Below are positions 25,830 through 37,747 of a stretch of 52,873 nt of DNA, one piece after another (within the stretch, counting starts at the first letter, position 1; each line of letters begins with the position of its first letter). Where the stretch lies: positions 1 through 52,873 of the forward strand of contig ML002268.1 of NCBI GenBank assembly GCA_003614675.1, written 5' to 3'. This DNA comes from Dimargaris cristalligena. Lineage: Eukaryota. A model generated the notes under the pieces. It ran no database searches, was not told the origin of the DNA, and worked only from the letters and a program-made list of their open reading frames with translations. The position numbers and the translations under genes are program-made.

Positions 25830-28800
25830 TTAGATTAGGGTACAAAGCCAAAGACAGTCCAATAAGTAAGATCCTGAAATCAGATATTGTAGAACCACAT
25901 TGTTGGCCATCGTGCAGTCGATCAGTGACAGTTCAGTGGGATACATCCACTGCGATGCGGTCATCAAGAGCAGTCGGAATGGGAAAACGAACCAAGCCAG
26001 GAGATGGCTCTTGACGGGACTAGTGACTCCGGAAGCCAGCCAAAGTAGCCCCGGCAACCAGCGGATCGGGGGCAGGTGACTGGTGCCCGCCGGAAGGGTG
26101 AGCAGAATCGACGAGGGCTCCGGCAACTTGCGGCCAAACCAGGTACAGCGCTCCAACTCCTGCCACAGTCGAATGGGGAAGGCCCACCCCGTACCCAGTC
26201 GGAAATAGAGCGGGAATTCGCTTTCCGACCATTGGACGAGCAGCAAATACCCGAGAACCAGTCTCGCAAGGGCCAAGCCCAGGTTGATTATTTTCTTGAC
26301 GGGCAGGTGGGTAATCCAGTGTAATAGTCCAAAGGATGAATCGCGTCCGGTCGTTGAGGCTGAACTACTCTGCCTCAAAGTTCGGGAAGCAAAGGTAGTA
26401 GCATGGAGCGGGTCCCCTTTAGATATCCGATCATTGGGGGGGCTACCGGTGGCTGAAGCATTAAAAGATTTCTGGTGATAAAGGTTGGCCGGGGGTTGGG
26501 ATGAGGGATGCGTGCCCTCACCGTGGGTCACCAGAACGGTGGCGGTAGTGGTCGCTGAGTACATGACCATGGCTAGGTGTATGACAAAGGCGATGGGCGA
26601 GTGGGTGGCCAAGAGGCGGCTTAGGAGGCTGATGGTGGCGAAGACGAGTCGGGCAAGGGTGGACTGGTGGAAGGAAAGAGCGTTGCTCACAAACACTGGC
26701 GGAAAAAGCCAGGTCGCAAGAGCGCAGCAAAGCCTCCAGATGGGTTGGAGTACTGTGGGGAAACCTAGGATTCCGCCTCGGGACCAGGCTTTGGGGGTCC
26801 GGGGATCAGTAACCCGAACTGTCTCAGCGAATAAACCTTCGAGACCCGTATCGGCCTAAATTCATGGTGACAGAAATATATAGTAGGTGTAAAGTTGTGT
26901 CAAAGCGGCATATTGTGTAGAATTCATGGATTAAAGCAGTTAGTCCGGGAAAGAAGCAACTGTAGTATCTAATTTTGATATACCCGGTCACCATCCGGCA
27001 ATTCCATATGGAATGTCGAAGAACCGCCTTCATATAATAAATAACCACCTGGAGGAAACTTACATTTGACGAAAACATGTGGTCGTGCATAAAAGAGGCG
27101 GATCGATTACGTACCCCGTCACGCTTATTCATATTAGAGAAATTAGCGGGATTAAATTGGAGAGAGGCGGGCCGGCCGTCGTAATTGTCGCTCTCAACCG
27201 GAAATGATACCGATCGGGTGAAGGCGGCACCGAAAAACCCGTCCAGCTCCCGTGGGGAACGTGTAGGTGTCGTGGGTTGGGATCGTTCGTAATTGGAAAT
27301 CGACAAGGGTTCGGTAAACTGGACACCATGCCGGAGGTTGCGGTTTGAAGGGGTCCCAACGAGTTCGGGGGTGTTAGAAAACGATTGCCGTAGAGACTGG
27401 CGGCGATCTGTAAATAAACTGGGATGGTTAGATAGGGACCGACGCCCTACCGACTGACTCCCGTTTTGAGCAAAGGGATCGTGGTATAAGCTAGAGTTGC
27501 TGTCGATTGATTCGGTGTCATCCCCCGTAAGATCGGTGAAAATCCGCAGATTATTCAAAAACGATTGCGTTTCGATAATGTCCGGTTGAGCAGTCCGATA
27601 GCCAGGTATGGCGAATGGGGTTGGCGTCGAAGAATAAGGGTGTGTCTTCCTGACTGGTGAAGCCAAGGTGGTCAACCGAAATTTGATGGGGTCCTTCACC
27701 CGAATGCGGTATAGCGAGTAAAAAAAACAAATATTATATAATATCAAGGCGGTTTCATAGAAGAGGAAGCCGTTGTTATCGAGAAGGAGGCTCAACATGG
27801 CCAGGGCTTGGATGATATGGGCCAGGGTTTGGTAGCGGCGGTAGAGGTTCCGGTAGATGACTGTACAATGTTGGCGACGAATCACATAGATCCAGGTGGG
27901 GTCGAATCGAAACATCAGTAGTAAAATAATCATGCCGTAGAGCGCTAACGGCAGCTGGGACCGGTGGACGACGGATATCAGTTTAGGCCAGTTTACGGGG
28001 GAAACACCGATGAAAGATCTGGCACCCAGTGAATCGAAATTGGTATTTGGCGAATGCGTCGCCCAATATGCATGGTCATTATCCGCCACAATTGTCCTGG
28101 CGGGTAGGAATGGGGCGACGGGGCATTCGGCCGCTTGTAGTTCTTGGTCGGGCTGAAGGGCTCCACCCAGCAGCATGACATTAGTGCCGAGCCACATGGC
28201 CATCCAAAGCAGTGCGAGTGCATACCATTTCAAGCGAGCCCCTAGCCCGGGTTTTACGATGCGCGGGATCCGGGCCTTGTGTCGCTGGTCTTTGGACCGG
28301 CGCAACGATGACTGTAGGACCTTGGACTTGATTTTACGGTCGCAAACGCGCAGGCGGCGGTCGACCCGCTGTTGGCAATCGGGACATACCGGCGGGTAAA
28401 GCCGCTCCAGGTTCAGTTGGTAGTCTTTCACGGTTCGACACCGTTCGGCGTATTGGGGATCGTCTTCGTCGGGAATGTAGTCGCCCAGGGCCTGCTGGCC
28501 AATCTGCTGGTTGTGAAGGCATACGTCGCAAAACGTCAACGGGGGCTGCGGTAATCCGCCATCGCCACCGGGTAGCGATGGAGATGGGAACGGACTGTGG
28601 AGCGGGGAACCGGCCCGGCTTAACGGGCCATGGTCTAACCGGGTAGGCGACAAGGTGGGGCTGCCCAAACGCGTCGAAACTCCCGAGGCTGTGGCTGTTA
28701 TAGTTGGGTCGGTGTCGGGTAAGTGGGGAGGTGGTGGCTGGAGTCCCAGAGCGTGGTAGTTATCGACCAATTCCCCCTGCGCATCGAAGAGATTCCAGTT

Positions 28801-29046
28801 TTCGCATAATTCACAGTACCAATCCCGGCGACTGTCCTCAGTAGCGACATTGTAAATAGTCAAGGGATCGTCGTGGGCTTCGGTACCGGAATCGATGCTA
28901 CGTTGGGAGACAAGGACCCGCTGGCCACGGTGGCCGGGAAGTGGTCGGCGGGGAACGCTCGTTTGGTTGCAGTAAAAGCAGCGTCGCCGTGGGGCAAATG
29001 CGCCCCGGCCCCGAAGGCGAAGTCTTCCAAATAGGTCGAAACCCAT
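25830..29046 (-). CDS. IMA1: Inner nuclear membrane protein Ima1 (Samp1/TMEM201 family); exons 29046-27064 and 26855-25830
   Basis: Ima1_N Cys pattern CFYCN...WYCELCENWN...FCDVCLHNQ...DYIPDEDDPQY...LERLYPPVCPDCQ, followed by transmembrane segments. A GTAAGT..TTTAG intron joins in frame to ADTGLEGLF and the 25830-26696 hydrophobic ORF. Confidence 0.87.
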
Positions 29047-29711
29047 GAGCTACGCTCCTCAAGGGAAGGAAAGATGGAGGCGATTATAAGAAAAAAAAAA
29101 TGTAAGAAAAAACAACAACAGTACATTTATATATATAAAAACAATACTAAATAATAAGAGTATCCCAGTGTCAATGTAGAGGGCAGCGGGAAGTCGGAGG
29201 GGTCATGGGTATAGTAGTCCTTGGCTGGGCAATCTGCTCACTTGGGTCAGGTAGTAAAGGCTCATTTTGACGTGGTTCTCCAGCTAAACAAATATTTTTT
29301 TATAGAATAGACCAATGCCGTACGGAGATAGTTCCAATACCCAAATACTTTGGGCTAGTAGACCATATCTGATTATCATTACCAGCTTACCATTTCAATC
29401 ATGTTATTTTACTATAGTTTTATATAAACAACTATGCGAAGAAGTAAGCTCAATAGCCGCACCAGCACAGTTCCGGGTGGCCGGATCACTACCATTAAAA
29501 ATGACTCCAACATAACCCAATGTGAAAATGCCCAAGTTAGCCACCCGTTATACGAATGGATCAAAGTATATGGGTGTAAATGGAACTGACGAGGGTATTT
29601 ATTTTCATAATAGCATCATTCGATCACTAAACAGCAATACAATAGTTTGGCAGGCTTGCTTTGAGAAAAGGAACTTGGAAGGGTATCCATGATTATCTTT
29701 GTGCCAGGCGA

Positions 29712-31503
29712 TCAGCTGGCTTTAACCGCGAGTTCCGTGGCATATTTGAAATGCCCTAGTAAAGCGGACATTTGTAATTTCTCGGTCGCGCCCGTCGACA
29801 GATTGTGTCTATAATAAAGTGTATGGGTGGGGGTGATCGGCGATATAGAGTGATAAAGGTTAGAACAGATATCCCCGCCTAGAGTCAGTGCATCATCAAT
29901 GCCCCCATTCGGATCGGCTGGTATTGCTTGAACTATGTCAAGGTGCTTTCCTAAAGGTTACACTTACTCAATCTCGGCCAGTTTGTCGAGCAAGTAGATA
30001 CGGGACATCGTCGGTAGCTGAATCGAGTCGAGATACGCTGCTATTTCGGTGACTATATCCTGGAGAGCCAGTCCTCGTTCAGTTTTCAATTGGCGAATGT
30101 CTAGGGCGGTAAGTAAAGGCAGAAAGGACGCAATGTCATTAGAAGATATACGTCATTGTTTGGGGTATAGTGTGTATACTGAGCGACCCCGTTGGGCAAG
30201 TCAAGAATCATCAAATTTAATGGACAGTACTTACTCGCATGGGCCACCGAAAACTCTTCGTTTAGCATCCATGACGTAATTTTTTCGATATCGTCGGGCA
30301 GTGGGCTACCGGTACAGGTATATACGGCCATTTCATCAATGACATCGTAAGCCGAGTGACAGGCCTGCAGAATATTCAGAGTCCGGCGCATGTCCCCGTT
30401 GGAAAGCTTCAAAATGGCCGCCTCACCCGAACTGGTCAAATTAACCCCTTCGGCTTTGACAATGTCGCGCAACCGGGACTCGACTTGTTCCGCCTTGAGC
30501 GGGGCGAACCGGAACCGGGTGCACCGCGACTGAATGGCCGGCGTGATTTTACTCACGTAGTTACAGATGATGCAAAACCGCACGTTACGGGTGTATTTCT
30601 CAATCACGCGGCGCAAGGCGGCCTGGGCCTGTTGGGTCATGGCGTCGGCTTCGTCCAGGATGATCAGTTTGAAACCCACGTTAAAAATCTCCCGGGTACT
30701 GGCAAAATTCACAATTTGGTCCCGGACCACGTCGATACCACGTTCATCCGACGCGTTCAGCTCGAGAGTCATGGATTTGTAGCGCTGGCCGTAGAGCCGC
30801 TTAGCACAGGCCAAAATCGTAGAGGTTTTACCCGTTCCAGGTGGGCCGTAGAACAGCAGATGGGGTAGCTTATTTTCATCAATGAATTTTTGCACTGAAA
30901 GTGAATAGATGAAGAAGTTTACATGGGATTGGGGGGGGAAAGATGGGTTCAATCGGCAGAAATTGGCTAAGTATAATTGAACGGGGTCTCGCAAACATTA
31001 ACCGTCGGCAGTAATACTAGTGGGGTGTATTCGTAAAATGGAATGGGCTGCTTAATACCCTTGGAATACCCGAGGTCTTAATTGATTCATCGCTACTTAC
31101 CTGTTTCTTTAATTTGGTTCTGCGACACTAAATCGTCGAGCGATTCGGGCCGGTATTTTTCAACCCTAAGACCGAAGTATGATTAAATAAGACCAGTGGT
31201 AAATGAGTCCATTCCCGAGGGAGCCCAGTATAAGAAGGAGTTAGTATATTTGGCTAGTGGAGTGGGGTTTCCATTAATTGCCACTTATTCGGTTTGGGGG
31301 AGGGGGGTAAATTAGGTTGGCCCATGGGCCTGGGTCAATCACGAAGTAGACTACGATCGAAGAAAAATGGGCGGCTTGGAATACATGACTCACCAAGGTA
31401 GATTGGCATGACCCTTCGATTGGCCACTGGAAGGTGCGGTTTCGGGGGCTTTGCCCTTGTTGGGGCGAATCGCGGGAGTGTCGATATTCATTTCGGCGTC
31501 CAT
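29712..31503 (-). CDS. RFC3: Replication factor C small subunit (yeast Rfc3 / human RFC5); 5 exons
   Basis: NLPW|VEKYRP, LPHLLFYGPPGTGKTSTILACA, LELNASDERGIDVVR, FKLIILDEADAMT, ALRRVIEKYT and AIQSRCTRFRF. The C-terminus is NLSTGATEKLQMSALLG. Confidence 0.95.
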
Positions 31504-32618
31504 GGTGGAGGTGGTCGAGCGATTGGGTTCAAGGGTTCAGTCGGATTCGGGAAAGGTAGGTTCAGAGTCGAAAGGTCGTGCAATTCAAGGTATAATAATA
31601 GAAATTAGGAGCGGCTAGCTGGTGGGATTTGGATAGGATAAAGCGGAGGGTTGTGGGGAATTGCCTCGTACAGACTCCAAATTAGTGTTTATGCTATCGC
31701 GGCTAGATAGCTCGTGTAAACAAAAGCGTTTGGGCGGGATGGGAATTCTCCAAAACCTATAATTATTGATATTTTCCAAACAAATTTTCCCATGATCAAT
31801 CGGTCAGGCTGCAGACTTGAATATAGAAGTGGGTTTAGTATACTATCTAGAAGCTTAGGGTGGGTTATTTTTTTAATGTATTGAAATGCTGTTTTTTCAC
31901 CCCAACTAACTGTAAGAACTCTAGTGTTTCAGATAATAATATAAATCGTGAAATCTCCATCGCTGGGCTCAAAGGAGATGACAAAATGCTGGTGATTTTG
32001 TGAGTATGGTGCTGATCGAATAAAGATAAATCGGTATTTATATTTATATGGGAGAAGTTCATCCAAGCTGTATAACGAAAAATCCATTAGATTCGGCCAA
32101 TATTACTAGTTAAAAATATATTTCCCATATATTTTCCCATACACGTAAATGTAAACCCTTATATAGCTGGGCCGAATTTCACCCATATAGTTCAAGAACG
32201 TAACTACCAATCTAAAATAATATGGTCCGATACTTCGGCCGCAATTACAAGGCCACACACTCTTACTACGGTGTCTACGCCATTCTCAGCTACGGCTTTG
32301 GGTAACTGTTAGCACCGTATCCCATTAGATCTACGCGATAAAATGGGTGGAATCTATTATCATCTGAGATTTGCATATTCGTAGGACCACTGAATTCTAC
32401 CCAACCTAAATGTTGCCGCAATAACGAAATCGGCAATAGTAATAGGGTTTATTTTAATACCAAAGATAGGTGGGTCAGGTTAAAATACACTATTGATTTA
32501 CATCGTGCAGCGCAGCCGTTTAAACAATGGATGCTTCTGAGGGTGCGGCATTTAATTATATGTTGCCAGTGAAAAGGAAATGTACAAAAGCGGCACATTC
32601 CCTAAAGTCAACGGGATA

Positions 32619-34424
32619 TTAGATTTTGGAATATTCCGAAAAAAAGTATGTCGGGAACCAATACTGAGGCTCCGAATGTTGTAAGTCGATCCAGCAGAGG
32701 CCATCTCGTAGCAACATATCCTGGTGGGGTTGTATTTAAATTGCCAGATTAAGTAAATATTATATTCAAACAGTTAATATCAGCGTAATTGTGGTAGTCA
32801 TCGGAGAGGTCGTTAAGCTGGGTTCTAAATAAGGAATCACCACGTATTCCGGAAAATAATACAAATGTAGATCCGAGGGTACTTACCATGATGGTCACAA
32901 TTCGTTCTGGCGCCCAACCTGTCTCATTGGCCACCTGAGTGATGGTAGTAAATCCGGTTAGCTGTGTGTAGTTTATTACCGATTACACAATTCCAAAAGG
33001 TATATATAATTTAGCGGTTAGACAATCTATACCACAAATGAGTGAGGCTTAATAAGGTGTGTCACTTTAGTCGGCGAAGAAATAACCCATCCTATAATAA
33101 ACCCAATTACCTGTGAAATTGATAAGATTCGGGACTGATCGGTGTTAAACTCTCGGGGAATGGATTGAACCATCTTTTGCGAGCCGATTTCAACGATTTG
33201 GAAACCACTACCCAGGGGGGCTAGATTCTTAATGGCTTGGACAATATCGTCACTATAATGGGTGGTATTGTGATATATATATTCATAGAGCGGGTTGGTT
33301 AGGAATCGTGGTGTATATTGAACAAGTGTATTGGTTGATAGGTTGGTTTGGGGGTGGTTGCCTCAGTTATTAAGACTTTAACGGAGGCTAAGCTGAGTGA
33401 ATGAAAATAACGGACTTACTTGTTTATTTCTTGAGCACGAGCACCCCGCCGAACCTCAACCGCCCTTCGCAGGTCATCCATAGCAATGAGTCCCCCGTTG
33501 ATATGCCGGGAATTAATGCAAACCTCAATAATTTGAATTCCCAACTCGTAGTAAAAGTCGCCAAATCCGAGAAGATCGGCCCAGAACCCCTTATTAGCTA
33601 AATCCCGCAGTATGTATGATGGTAGGGATATAAATACGTATGTATATAGAAAGTTAAGCATTTGGATAAAATGTCGGGTATTTGTCCATCACAGGGTCCA
33701 AAATAAATTAACAAAGGTCGATAACCACATTAGAAAATGGGTACTGTTCATAAGCATGGCTATTATAGATCAGCCAAATACATCAGCGCCACTGGAATAC
33801 TTACATGCCAGAGGGTCAACCCCAATTTGTTGGCACATCTTTTGAAACTGAGTTCTAAAGGCGGGATTGCTCCGAATTTTCTTTTGGTGTTTTTGCGCAA
33901 ACTCCTCCAGGTTGGTTTTAAACACGGCCAGTTGGTTTTGCAACTAAGATAGGCGAAAGGAATAGGAGAGTTAGTCCAAGTGTCTATTGATTAATAGGGT
34001 AATTTTTGCGGGCAATTATGCGGAGCAATACATTCGCCGATTAATTAGTGGGGTATAGTAGAAAGTGAGCCCTACCTGTTCTACTTCGACGGCCGCTATG
34101 TTATTACCAATTTCCCGAAAGTGCTCCTAATGAAATAGGATAGGACAATGTAGCATAGATGCAGTGGGGTGTAAGTAGTAGTTTAGTAATTTAATACGAA
34201 GAGACGTCCAAAAAAAGGGAGTTGTTTAGGTGGCCGTAACTCAGTGGCAAATTGGGTATAGACAGGCTCATGCTATAACGAGGGCTAAAGGTGAAGCTCA
34301 GGGATGATGGAACTGGTCAATGGACGGGACGACGAGGCAATGGGGGCATTTAGTAACCGGGTGAACTCACCTTGTTGCTCATTTCATAATGAATGCGGGA
34401 CAAGCCCACTCGTCGACGGCTCAT
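32619..34424 (-). CDS. SNF8: ESCRT-II subunit Snf8/Vps22/EAP30; about 7 exons
   Basis: Spliced product MSRRRVGL...[16 protein letters not shown]...[45 protein letters not shown]...NGGLI...[17 protein letters not shown]...[12 protein letters not shown]...GLCWIDLQ...YWFP. Confidence 0.95.
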
Positions 34425-35107
34425 GGTCAATACAAATGTAGCGTAGAAGGGGGGAGCGGGTAAGGATAGTCCAGAGAAATGCGGCCAGGTTTATAAAAAT
34501 GGCCCAGGAATTAGTGGGCAAGTATAGAGGAAGAGAGACGGAATGAGGGGTCTCGATGGGACTTCAGCCCCTTCATAAAGAGGAGTTCTAGCCCAGAGGC
34601 TGAAGTCACGTCGCACTGCACAATAGGCCTGGGACAAGGTACTCAGCGTCGAGGAGCGACGGTATGGTGCCTATCAGGCGAGGGTATATATATATTTCCA
34701 AGTGGGACTACCCTAGCCTGCGTAATCCCAGCTGGCATGAAGAATACAGGGCATGCCTATGTGTGTCTTCAGTGGCATAAATATCCGGTGTATGGCTGTC
34801 ATAAACAAAACGGACCCTAAAACCACGACACCATCTAATTCCATTGCGGATACAGCCCCCCGATTCAACTAAGTAGGTGTAGGGTTTGATTGTACTATTG
34901 GTATTTGAATATAAGTTGTGAAATGGTGGTTAGCAATACAGTTATGGCTAGGCCTTTATTTTGGACCAAAATACGGCTAGATCGTTATTTATACTGGAAC
35001 AGGGTAAAAAGTGGTTCGATATCACTATTCACAGCCATTTGACTACCAACCCCGACATAGACAACCGGTGCCCGACAGTACTTATGCCAACCAGCCGCCC
35101 CAAACAC

Positions 35108-35887
35108 CTATGTCGATGGTAACCTAACATCAATGGCGTTCAGAATTTGTTCATTAAATTGATCGAATTCGGGCCATTCCTGAATCGCCTGTTTAAGAAG
35201 TGTAAGGGGCTGGGGATCGTTTACAATAGTGGTGATTAAATCCCGAATAGCGGGATTTGCCAAGTGGCGATGGAGGCTAGGCTCGCTAACCACCTCGCTG
35301 ACCATCGCTGGCGGAATTCGCAGTAAGGCGTCTTCATCCTCCTCCTCCCTCTCCTCGGGAATGGGGGTGGCGGTGGTAATCGTTTCTGAGTGAAGTTCGC
35401 TTGTCGGGTCTTGGTCCTGGTCAGCAGGACTGCCTACTGGGTCACTTTGGGCCAGGGGTAGGTCGGAGTTGTTGGCTGCTATACCAATGGGGGCGGCTGG
35501 GGGGGCCGGGTTGGACCGCGGGCTCACAGGGACTAGTTTGGTGCTCCTTGTAACAGACCAGCGAGCAGCTACCGGCGACGCAATGCAGGGATAATCATAC
35601 GCCAGGTAGGCGGTTAGAAAGTTGTGGAGAAAGGCGGTACTATGAGGTTACGGTGGCGTGGGCTACCAGAGGTGGTGTGGAGTTGACTGGGGGGCTTCTT
35701 GGTCCCTTTGGCCGAGGCTTGGAAGGTGAGAGAGACACTAGCCAAGACCATGTTCAGGGAAACCGCCTCTTTCTTCGCCACAGCAGTACCTAATAGGACC
35801 CATTCGTACTTACTAAGGGATGCGGCAGGTTGGGCATTTGTACTTGGACGCGGCCTGTTGGCAAACTTGGCATGTCGGTGGGCTCAT
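35108..35887 (-). CDS. HIT1: HIT-type zinc finger protein (Hit1/ZNHIT3, box C/D snoRNP assembly); 2 exons; apparent frameshift near 35499-35505
   Basis: Exon 1 MSPPTCQVCQQAASKYKCPTCRIP splices to YCSLVCYKEHQTSPC (zf-HIT). The C-terminal helical domain (LHRHLANPAIRDLITTI...LKQAIQEWPEFDQFNEQILNAI) is in a different frame. Confidence 0.8.
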
Positions 35888-36286
35888 GTTCCAGTCAAAG
35901 ACGCAGCACTACAGGAATGAGAAGGTATGGAGGGCACACGTCACTAAATGCACCAACGGGGGTGTTTTTGTTTCGGTATTGAGGAGGAAATGCCAACACT
36001 AAATGAAGTAAAGAGACCCGATAGACTGAATATACAAACTAGGCATTTATTAAATGAACTAACTAGCCACTAAAGAAACTGCTTTTTTGGGAATGCGGAA
36101 CGTGTAATAAAAAAATAGACAAAAAAAAACATATATTTCAGGCGATAATCTGATGTTGACATAAGGATAATGGGAAATATAAATACAGACTACGGTCAGC
36201 AGTTCTAATAATATACAGGCATCGTTTTGCTAGCCAAACAGTCTTCCAAACGTTTCTCTACTAAAGTGAAAAGAGCGGCCAATACG

Positions 36287-37747
36287 TTAATAATTGGGCT
36301 GCTCAGCCTTGACCATCTGGCCATTAAACATGCCAGCGACAGGCATAATATTGTTGAAGTGATACTGCCCCATATCCGTGTAGGAGGTGGGGTCTTGCCA
36401 CTTTAGATCCGGTCGCTTTTTAAACTGGAGTATAATGTATTGGTCCCTGAAGTTTTCCGCAGGGCCGAATGTGGCCCGACTCCTAACCCATCGATCATAG
36501 GTACCGGGGAGGTCATCAACGAAGGAAACTAGGCTGGCTTGGGAATCCACGAAATCAAACAGACGGGATAAATCTTCCATGGTACCCCGGCAAAACGAGG
36601 GGCGCCGGCTATCGAGGTAAACCTTCTCCTCCACGACGAGATACGAAAGCTCGGCAATGCTATCATACTTCCGCTTGCAACCCTTAGAGCCGGTGGAAGC
36701 AACGGCGGGAGGGGCGCTGGCGCCAATGGTGGCTTTCGTGAATATGGGCGAGATAATGGTAGAGGCGTCCACGGGATCATCGAACAAATGAATAGGCGGC
36801 AGTGACAGGATGTCCTCCAGCAGGGCCGGATTGATTTGGCCTTGGTCAGGGAAGACCTGATTCGAAGTGAGCGCTTCGACCGACATGGGATTGACGGGAC
36901 TGCACGTCCCCCTGCTGGGTGTACATTCAGGGGTGATTTGGTTGCCAATGGTCTGTTGTGGCATGGTAAGCAGCTGGTTGAGGCTAGGTGTCACACCCCC
37001 TTGCACTGTGGCTTCTGGGGGGGTTGGCAACGGTAGATTGTAATCGATTGCGTTGAAATCGGGGAGGTCGTATTCCCCGATTTGGCCGGAAAATAATTCG
37101 TTGATGATACGCTCTTGGTCGGGCCATTCAGGGGTGGTTTGGGGTGAGAATGGTAGGGATAGTGAGGCGGGGAACTCCAGCGAAGAGGCAATAGCTTCGT
37201 ACTTCTCGCTAATAGGGAGCTCGTTCTCGTTCTTGACCTTGTTCTCATTCTCGTTCTCGGTACGGGTAATCGGGATAGTACTCCCTTCCTCAACCTCCTC
37301 TTTACTTTCTTCGGCGTTCCCGGCATTTTCTTCCTCTACTTCTTCGTTGTCCTCGTCGCCTTCGTCCTCTTCATCGCTCTCGTCACTTTCGTCGACACTC
37401 TGTTCCGCCTGGTCGCCCGTAGTCGGTTGGCGACGTTTCTTTGGCAGAAGTTCGGCGGGTATTTCCTGACACAGCCACTCGATGGCACTCGCCCGGCACA
37501 GCCGCAGTACTTCTTGCTCTTCATTTGGCCGTTTCGAAGTGACCTCCACGACCCTCGGCTTAATGGCTGACCGCTCCGCTTTAAAGGCCATCCGGCGGTG
37601 GCCAGCTTCGGTGTAAAACGTCTGAATATATTCGGCGCAGATTAAAATGTCGCAACAATCAGCTTGAGCCTCGTGAGTGCACAGTACCAAATTCGACAAG
37701 GCATATTGGCACTGTATCTTAGGGGTGAGCGGGCTATTGAAATCCAT
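36287..37747 (-). CDS. Hypothetical 486-aa protein (orphan), intronless
   Basis: Long ATG-initiated ORF in an otherwise empty interval. It has a Cys-containing N-terminal region, basic KKRR and KRK motifs, an acidic tract, a Pro/Ser/Thr-rich middle and a globular-looking C-terminus. No family recognised. Confidence 0.75.
   Translation of the reverse strand: MDFNSPLTPKIQCQYALSNLVLCTHEAQADCCDILICAEYIQTFYTEAGHRRMAFKAERSAIKPRVVEVTSKRPNEEQEVLRLCRASAIEWLCQEIPAELLPKKRRQPTTGDQAEQSVDESDESDEEDEGDEDNEEVEEENAGNAEESKEEVEEGSTIPITRTENENENKVKNENELPISEKYEAIASSLEFPASLSLPFSPQTTPEWPDQERIINELFSGQIGEYDLPDFNAIDYNLPLPTPPEATVQGGVTPSLNQLLTMPQQTIGNQITPECTPSRGTCSPVNPMSVEALTSNQVFPDQGQINPALLEDILSLPPIHLFDDPVDASTIISPIFTKATIGASAPPAVASTGSKGCKRKYDSIAELSYLVVEEKVYLDSRRPSFCRGTMEDLSRLFDFVDSQASLVSFVDDLPGTYDRWVRSRATFGPAENFRDQYIILQFKKRPDLKWQDPTSYTDMGQYHFNNIMPVAGMFNGQMVKAEQPNY

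Noticed and set aside
34717..34733. GCCTGCGTAATCCCAGCT resembling the Alu/7SL SRP 5' motif
   Set aside because: It has a 2-nt insertion relative to the motif, and no SRP S-domain helix 8 signature was found downstream.
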